A program made the position numbers and the translations under genes. The notes under the pieces were generated by a model that saw nothing but the letters and a program-made list of their open reading frames with translations, did no database searches and had not been told where the DNA came from. 26,400 bases of DNA from Ginkgo biloba (lineage: Eukaryota > Plantae > Ginkgophyta), in NCBI GenBank assembly GCA_024626585.2, contig JANKJI020000002.1, positions 207,843,508-207,869,907 of the forward strand, written 5' to 3'. Within the stretch, counting starts at the first letter, position 1. The number at the start of each line of letters is the position of its first letter. Positions 22,856 to 26,400 of the stretch are shown piece after piece.

Positions 22856-24299
22856 NNNNNNNNNNNNNNNNNNNNNNNNNNNNNNNNNNNNNNNNNNNNN
22901 NNNNNNNNNNNNNNNNNNNNNNNNNNNNNNNNNNNNNNNNNNNNNNNNNNNNNNNNNNNNNNNNNNNNNNNNNNNNNNNNNNNNNNNNNNNNNNNNNNNN
23001 NNNNNNNNNNNNNNNNNNNNNNNNNNNNNNNNNNNNNNNNNNNNNNNNNNNNNNNNNNNNNNNNNNNNNNNNNNNNNNNNNNNNNNNNNNNNNNNNNNNN
23101 NNNNNNNNNNNNNNNNNNNNNNNNNNNNNNNNNNNNNNNNNNNNNNNNNNNNNNNNNNNNNNNNNNNNNNNNNNNNNNNNNNNNNNNNNNNNNNNNNNNN
23201 NNNNNNNNNNNNNNNNNNNNNNNNNNNNNNNNNNNNNNNNNNNNNNNNNNNNNNNNNNNGGAGAAGAGTACCATTTATGAATGAAGAGATAAGCCTATAA
23301 AATAATCCCACTTTGTTTGAGGTATGATAAATTTAATTTATAATTTCCAACATTCTAAAGAGATTCCATATTCATTAGACTTGATTATGGATGGATAGTC
23401 TCCCTCTACATAAGATGAGCCACACTAATTAATCCTTATGGCCCTTCTAGAATTCTTGTAATATTGTATAACTAAAATGGAAACATGAGACCTTATTAAC
23501 CATCCTTATGGATCAACATAGATAGTTGACTCTCCAATCCCTTCCTCTATTTTTTATTATTCAAGTTAAATATGGATATCTTATCTTTTAAAGAACAAAA
23601 TAAACCCTAAGATTAGGGATTTTGAGTATAATTCATTTTAAATTTGATGTGAGAAAATAAAATACATTAAATTCATCAAAATGAATATTAAAGTAAATTT
23701 TATCCTAATGAGGAAAAAGGGTTATTTAATTTAAAATATATCCCTCTATTAAAATTGGTTTTTATCCTACGGTCTTCCCCCTCTCTGTATATGAAATGAA
23801 TCTCTTTTCTTATGAAATAAATCCTCAGGATCAAGTTCCATACATTTGATATCTAACCATTACATACATAAATACATATAAATAATTATTTAGTAAATAA
23901 AAATCAAAATAAATTTAAGGAAAGTATTTAGTTATTGTTAAAGAAGTTTTGAGTTATAAATAAATTAAATGAGAATGGATTTTTAAGGGCTAATCAGAGA
24001 GGAATACACATATTTAGGATCCCATGATCTATTAGTAATTTAATTAGAATTGTATATTGGAGTTAATATTTTCATATCATAAATACTATATAAATTAAAC
24101 AATAATGATTATTTATGTTGATATTATACATTAACTATTATTTACTTTTCACTCCTCATAATAAAATAATATTTTAATTATTTTTATCTTTCTACCATGG
24201 TTACCATTTCTTTGATCAAGACCTTATATCTTCAAGTTTTTATGGGTACCTAACTTACCTCTTATTGATATATAATGAGTTTTTTCAATGGAAAATAAA

Positions 24300-25620
24300 A
24301 TTCATTATTTGACATGGATCCAAGAGCCAATTTGATATCCTAAATTAACAATTCTAGTATTCATAGTTATATTTCTTAAACCTTCCCTTCCTTTTATTCC
24401 TTTAATTAGTAATCTTTTTTAAACTTCTCAGTTATAGATAATAACTCAAAAAATGGTTTTACACTACTCTATATCTTATCGATGGTCAATTATTACAATT
24501 AATCACTTGGAGTGGTCTTGGATAGAGTAGATTTATGTGTTACTTGGATGGTTTCTCTTATCGAAATAGAAATAGGAGGGGTGGATTTCACAATATATTT
24601 TAGCAGGATTATTTATTAGTTAAATAATACTTTGATATTATTTGGTTAAATTTCTATCTTGTCTTATATATCTTAACTTCATCTAAAAATAGGACTGATC
24701 AAAATTGGTCAAACTAACTTTATTTTTTATTCATATACATATGAATATATTTTCTTATTGACCATATTTATAGAAATATATTCTCATATTATGATTACTC
24801 TTACTCTTCCCATATTTTTATTAATTCTTAGTTATTAATTTTATTGACTTGAAAACATTGATGGCCTTCTTGATAGTTTAGTCTTCCTCTACATTCATTT
24901 TGATGAGTTTAATGATTCTTCGACTGTAATTTCTTGTTGAGTGTTTTATTTTATGTCATCCATCCATATCTATAAAGGGACTCCATGTCTCAAAATTTTA
25001 TATATACTTTATGATCTTAATAAACTTAGTCAATAGTTGAAATTCATACCATAAGTGTTGATTACCTCCCATGAGGTTTTATTTTTTTGTAGACATTTAT
25101 ATTTAATAGATGTAAACCATTTTTCAAATATTTTTTCCCTTGATTTCTAATCAATAACTTGTACCCTCTTTCTATAACATTAAAATTTAAAATATTTTCT
25201 AAGGAAGTAGTATTTCATCTTGTATACTACATTGTATGATTCCATGGAAAAAATGATCACTTATGCCCCAAATTGAAATAGATCTCCTATTTGCATTGAC
25301 TATCAAATTTTGTCCAAACAAATAGAATTAAATAAAATTTGCTAGTATAATTTAACCTTTGAATCCATCATTTCTATAAATTGATACTATTTGGTAGGTA
25401 TATTTTTAGCTTGACCAAGTGGCACTAATATTGGTCCTAGGTTTTTTCATTCCCACATAAAAGGTTTAATTTTGATTTAATGTATTATTATTCCCTTGGA
25501 GTTATATGCTTCCATTGACTATGAATTCTTTACCAAAGTGAGATAGTCCATATTTCAACCCATATTCCTATAAATAATAAATAATAAGTATTCTCCCTTT
25601 CATAGGGAAAGTGATTTAAT
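24300..25620 (-). mobile_element. Possible highly decayed Ty3/gypsy protease/RT-start relic
   Basis: Minus strand KEFIVNGS...GPILVPLGQAKNIP (about 25395-25535) resembles non-chromoviral protease. Downstream frames are purine-rich and coding-like, but no strong RT motif is recognisable. Confidence 0.35.
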
Positions 25621-26400
25621 ATACTAGTTTTCTATAGGTTAATATTGATAGGTGAATATATATAAATCTTTTTATTGTAGATGAGAGATAACTAAAAATA
25701 AACTATATCTTTTGATTCAAAATTAGGCATTGATAATATTTTTACCATGTCTACTTGATATAGTGATTTAAAATATTATTCCATAGGATATAATGTTTCC
25801 TTGGTTCCATTGTCCCTAATGATAACCTATGGTTTTAAATGAAACTTTATAAAACTCATTATTTAATTTACCCAAATAATGTTCATTAATAATTAATGAA
25901 ACTATAGGTATTATGCCATCTATTTATGAAATAATCCACTTAGAATATACTTGTTATTTGTATTTTTTTCTTATAAATATTATTGTGTTTCATCATATTT
26001 TATTTTGATAAGTAATTTACTAATTAAATTATTTTCTTTCTTAAAATTTTGGTTCATAATGAATTGTTTATAGTCACAAATTACATATATGAAATCCTAT
26101 CTAGGTTTATGATTTTAAAAGTTTTCCTCAATCCACTTATTATCAATAATGAGGTTACCACTTGTCACTTATATTAATATAGAAAATTAATGATTTTTAG
26201 ATAAATATTAATTTATAACTATTTATGTTGATGATATTTTAATCAATATCGATGAGATTTTGTTCTATGAATATTAATCAATATTTATTAATGTTTATGT
26301 ATCTCTATGAATGTCAAATTCTATAATATCTATATTCTTCTAATATTCCTAATACTCCATCCCTATACTTAGTCAAATATCATCTGTAACCATGTCCATA

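Noticed and set aside
5190-23311. Long ORFs in the track composed mostly of X
   Set aside because: Artefacts of translating through N gaps.
23602-23622. AAACCCTAA-GA-TTAGGGATTT telo-box hairpin
   Set aside because: A single short motif in AT-rich repeat DNA; not a telomeric array or fusion site.
25265-25335. Plus-strand SPICIDYQILSK resembling the RT motif LRLCIDYR.LNK
   Set aside because: Isolated, with no downstream RT motifs in that orientation; the minus-strand protease-like reading fits the context better.

Overview
Land-plant genomic DNA from a gappy, short-read-style assembly with about 18 N runs. The only intact gene is an ALOG-family (DUF640; LSH/G1/TAWAWA) transcription factor with an uninterrupted CDS at 511-1176 (minus strand). 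It sits in a CG-retaining island (about 1-2360) whose upstream leader carries a candidate uORF and several plant cis-motifs. The remaining ~24 kb is very AT-rich, CG/CHG-depleted and made of heavily decayed, nested retroelements. The main one is a Ty3/gypsy chromovirus: RT-RNaseH-integrase-chromodomain at 16.57-18.94 kb, bracketed by two diverged ~2.1 kb LTR-like repeats, each split by a further insertion. Also present are a nested gag-protease-chromodomain element lacking RT/RH/INT, several non-chromoviral gag/protease relics and a probable LINE fragment. Two unexplained arrays of a degenerate, palindromic 22-bp unit lie at about 4.67-5.19 kb and 7.98-8.50 kb. No new protein-coding system is demonstrable. 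The best leads are the 22-bp arrays, the three-ATG uORF, and the internally deleted element with hairpins near its deletion junction. All alignments and translations were done by eye, so TE boundaries are approximate.
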